Below, piece by piece: positions 62,110-64,000 of a stretch of DNA of 64,000 bases. Positions within the stretch are counted from its first letter, which is position 1; the number at the start of each line of letters is the position of its first letter. The notes under the pieces were generated by a model, which was given only the letters and a program-made list of their open reading frames with translations, was not told where the DNA came from and searched no databases. The position numbers and the translations under genes are program-made. Source of the stretch: an uncultured delta proteobacterium (lineage in GTDB: Bacteria; Desulfobacterota; RBG-13-43-22); NCBI GenBank assembly GCA_963711835.1, contig CAVQFQ010000006.1, forward strand, positions 1-64,000, in the 5' to 3' direction.

Positions 62110-62167
62110 CAGGGTTGGCTTTTCTGGAAGAGCAGTGGCGGCACAACTGACCCCCAGAGCGTTAGCC
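62076..62167 (+). other. Integron attC site
   Basis: GTCCAAC...GGGGATTCAGT...ACTGACCCC...GTTAGCC; GTCCAAC is the exact complement of the upstream GTTGGAC. Confidence 0.85.
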
Positions 62168-62224
62168 CGGCAGGGATAGGAGCAGACAACCATGACGACA
62201 AGGGCTCTATAAGAAAAGGTACCT

Positions 62225-62380
62225 ATGTTTGAGCAGGCTTTCAAAAACATCGACGACATCCTCCGGGGTGTCCATGACTCCATCGCCGACGCCGTGGCCG
62301 ATCTGGGAAGACCGGAAGAGATTGGCAAGGTGTTCGCAGGCTTCCAGAAATACCTGTATCAGCAACAGGCCGCCGCATGA
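62225..62380 (+). pseudogene. In-frame HsdM N-terminus / HsdR C-terminus fusion (type I R-M deletion scar)
   Basis: MFEQAFKNIDDILR + HDSIADAVADLGRPEEIGKVFAGFQKYLYQQQAAA*. Confidence 0.65.
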
Positions 62381-62385
62381 CAAGC

Positions 62386-62465
62386 ATGAACGTGGAGACC
62401 GAACAAGAATCATAAGCGCGCGTCCAATGGACCGCAAGGAGAAGAAAATCTATGAAGAAAGTTAG
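62386..62465 (+). pseudogene. BrnT toxin C-terminal fragment
   Basis: HERGDRTRIISARPMDRKEKKIYEES* overlapping the antitoxin start. Confidence 0.75.
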
Positions 62466-62709
62466 AGAATCCGACGAACTCCGTCCGGAGTATAGGCGGG
62501 AGGATTTAGGTCAAGGAGTCCGCGGTAAGTATTTTGAGTCTTACCAAAAAGGTACCAATCTGGTGCTCCTCAGCCCCGATGTGGCAAAGGTATTCCCCAC
62601 AGAAGAAGCCGTCAACGAGGCGCTGAGGTCCCTCATAAACGTCGCGCAGAAATCGGCGGGCCTAACAAGACGGTCAACTGGACTCGCCAGAAAGCTGCGC
62701 GCCGGTTAG
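62452..62709 (+). CDS. BrnA-like antitoxin
   Basis: DELRPEY...GVRGKY...NLVLLSPDVAKVFP.EEAVNEALR. Confidence 0.8.
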   Translation: MKKVRESDELRPEYRREDLGQGVRGKYFESYQKGTNLVLLSPDVAKVFPTEEAVNEALRSLINVAQKSAGLTRRSTGLARKLRAG

Positions 62710-62723
62710 CTTGCCCGTGGTGG
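62660..62723 (+). other. Degenerate attC site
   Basis: GCCTAAC...AACTGG...CCGGTT...; the right core reads GTG rather than GTT. Confidence 0.55.
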
Positions 62724-62760
62724 GGCAAAATGAATTTACAGACTGTTACCTTTGCCGCGT

Positions 62761-62830
62761 CCCAGACAGGCCCTGGTTGGACGATCCAGGCAGGCTGCAC
62801 CATGTCATGGTCCGGGGAATAGAGAAGATG
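62761..62830 (+). pseudogene. N-terminal fragment of a RAYT-like transposase
   Basis: PRQA-[frameshift]-LDDPGRLHHVMVRGIEK, ending at the tupA stop. Confidence 0.6.
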
Positions 62831-62831
62831 A

Positions 62832-63659
62832 TTATTTCCCTGCGGCGTTAGGAATGAACAAGGGATTCCCGTTCTTATCCTTAAAGGCCCCGATGGCCTG
62901 CTGGCCTTCCTTGGAGACCAGCCAGTTGGCGAACTCCATGGCCTCCTTGTATTTGACGTGTTTGTGCTTCTCGGGATTCACAGACATAACGGCATACTGA
63001 TTGAAAAGAGCCGGATCCCCTTCCAGGACAATGATCATGTCCAGTTTGTCTTTATCCTTGGTGGCCAACCAGGTCCCTCGATCGGTCAAGGTATAGGCCC
63101 GCTTCTCATTGGCGATCCGCTGGGTCTTTTCCATGCCCTGGCCGACTTCGAGATACCAGGGTTTCCCTTTGGGGTCTATTCCTGTAGCTGCCCATAGGGC
63201 AAGTTCTTTGGTATTCGTACCCGACTTATCTCCCCGGGAGACAAAAGGGAGGGAATTTTCGGCGATCTTGCGGAAGGCCTCTCCGGCCAGCTTGGTTCCT
63301 TTAATTTTGGCCGGATCATTGGGAGGGCCGATGATCACAAAGTCGTTGTACATAACTTCCTGCCGGTTGACAAAGTAGCCTTCAGCCACAGCCTTCAGTT
63401 CCAATTCCTTAGCATGGACAAAGACCACATCGGCGTCGCCCCGTTTGCCGATCTCGATGGAGGCCCCGGTCCCTACGGCCACCACATCCACCTTGATACC
63501 GGTCTTCTTTTCAAAGATGGGCAGGATATAATCAAACAGCCCGGAGTTCTGGGTGCTGGTGGTGGAAGCACAGCGGATGCGGGTTTGGGCATAAAGGTTG
63601 CCAACAGAAACCGTGAAAATTATCCCTATTATCAAAAGCATTAACCCGAGTCTTTTCAT
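62832..63659 (-). CDS. tupA: Tungstate-binding periplasmic protein
   Basis: STTSTQNSGL, VGTG, MYNDFVIIGP, FVSRGDKSGT, GQGM, LTDRGT. Confidence 0.9.
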   Translation of the reverse strand: MKRLGLMLLIIGIIFTVSVGNLYAQTRIRCASTTSTQNSGLFDYILPIFEKKTGIKVDVVAVGTGASIEIGKRGDADVVFVHAKELELKAVAEGYFVNRQEVMYNDFVIIGPPNDPAKIKGTKLAGEAFRKIAENSLPFVSRGDKSGTNTKELALWAATGIDPKGKPWYLEVGQGMEKTQRIANEKRAYTLTDRGTWLATKDKDKLDMIIVLEGDPALFNQYAVMSVNPEKHKHVKYKEAMEFANWLVSKEGQQAIGAFKDKNGNPLFIPNAAGK

Positions 63660-63772
63660 TTTAAGTTCGCCTTTCTCTTGTTGTTAGACCAAAGAAATGA
63701 ATTGATAGGAAGGGGCGTTCGGGCTTCTTTAACCCTTGGCCCCTTGAACCTTTGAATCCTTTACTCCTTTAC

Positions 63773-64000
63773 TTACCAGACAATCTCAAACCGGGCCAAG
63801 ATCCCATCTTCGGAATCCAGTTTTTTACCGCTTACATCGATCTTCTGGTCGAAGTTGGTACGGTAATAATTAACCATGATTCTAAACATATCGTTGGGAT
63901 ACCAGTTCAGCCCAAAGGTATAGCCGCTGGCCCGATTGGTATATAGTCTGGGGTCCACAAAACCCTTATCCAGGAGTGCCTTGTCCATATCCAGCCATTC
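63773..64000 (-). CDS. Outer-membrane porin C-terminus (OprO/OprP anion porin-like), runs off the window
   Basis: YTFGLNWYPN...RIMVNY...ARFEIVW with terminal aromatic residue; upstream of tupA. Confidence 0.6.
   Translation of the reverse strand, partial: EWLDMDKALLDKGFVDPRLYTNRASGYTFGLNWYPNDMFRIMVNYYRTNFDQKIDVSGKKLDSEDGILARFEIVW

Larger units (their letters stand above)
57900..62831 (+). mobile_element. Island with attC-bearing gene cassettes and TA genes but no integrase (CALIN-like), splitting tupA from tupBC
   Basis: Three clear and one degenerate attC sites, TA genes and gene remnants, all opposite in orientation to tup. Confidence 0.75.

Noticed and set aside
60900-62730. CRISPR array
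   Set aside because: The repeats are non-identical dyads with AAC/GTT cores and gene-sized spacers, i.e. attC sites. There are no cas genes.
1697-63659. Functional coupling of the tungsten AOR with tupABC as one locus
   Set aside because: More than 50 kb apart and separated by core genes and possible joins; consistent with tungsten use but not a cluster.

Overview
Most of this window is core chromosome of an anaerobic Desulfobacterota-like (deltaproteobacterial) organism. The core runs tRNA-Glu/Gln, gltX, yceD-rpmF-plsX-[acyl-CoA dehydrogenase-etfBA]-fabG-acpP-fabF-rpiB-glyA-deaminase-nrdR-ribD-ribE-ribBA-ribH-nusB-leuS-lptE, rpsT, tRNA-Ala, hisB/hisA, yqeY-dnaG-rpoD, tRNA-Ile2, nif3, rnhA, rnpB, ispDF and cysS. 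On the left are a very GC-rich RAYT fragment (probably a chimeric join near 1275), a catabolic operon (LIV-type ABC transporter, PaaK-like ligase, divergent tungsten AOR with FeS and FAD partners) and a decayed integrase island at tRNA-Glu. On the right, a tungstate transporter operon is split between tupA and tupB by a ~4.9 kb island. That island holds attC sites without an integrase, orphan antitoxins, an intact hicAB pair and a collapsed type I R-M scar. The best candidate novel system is an unannotated 40-codon peptide at 52477-52599 ending C-H-K-UGA-K-G-UGA-K-S-UAA (CxxUxxU). It is followed by a SECIS-like hairpin and a radical SAM/SPASM gene, so it may be a di-selenocysteine RiPP precursor with its maturase. 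The second candidate is the ACAD/ferredoxin-EtfAB module sitting where fabH-fabD normally lie in the fatty-acid synthesis operon. All family calls come from motif recognition by eye; no database searches were run.
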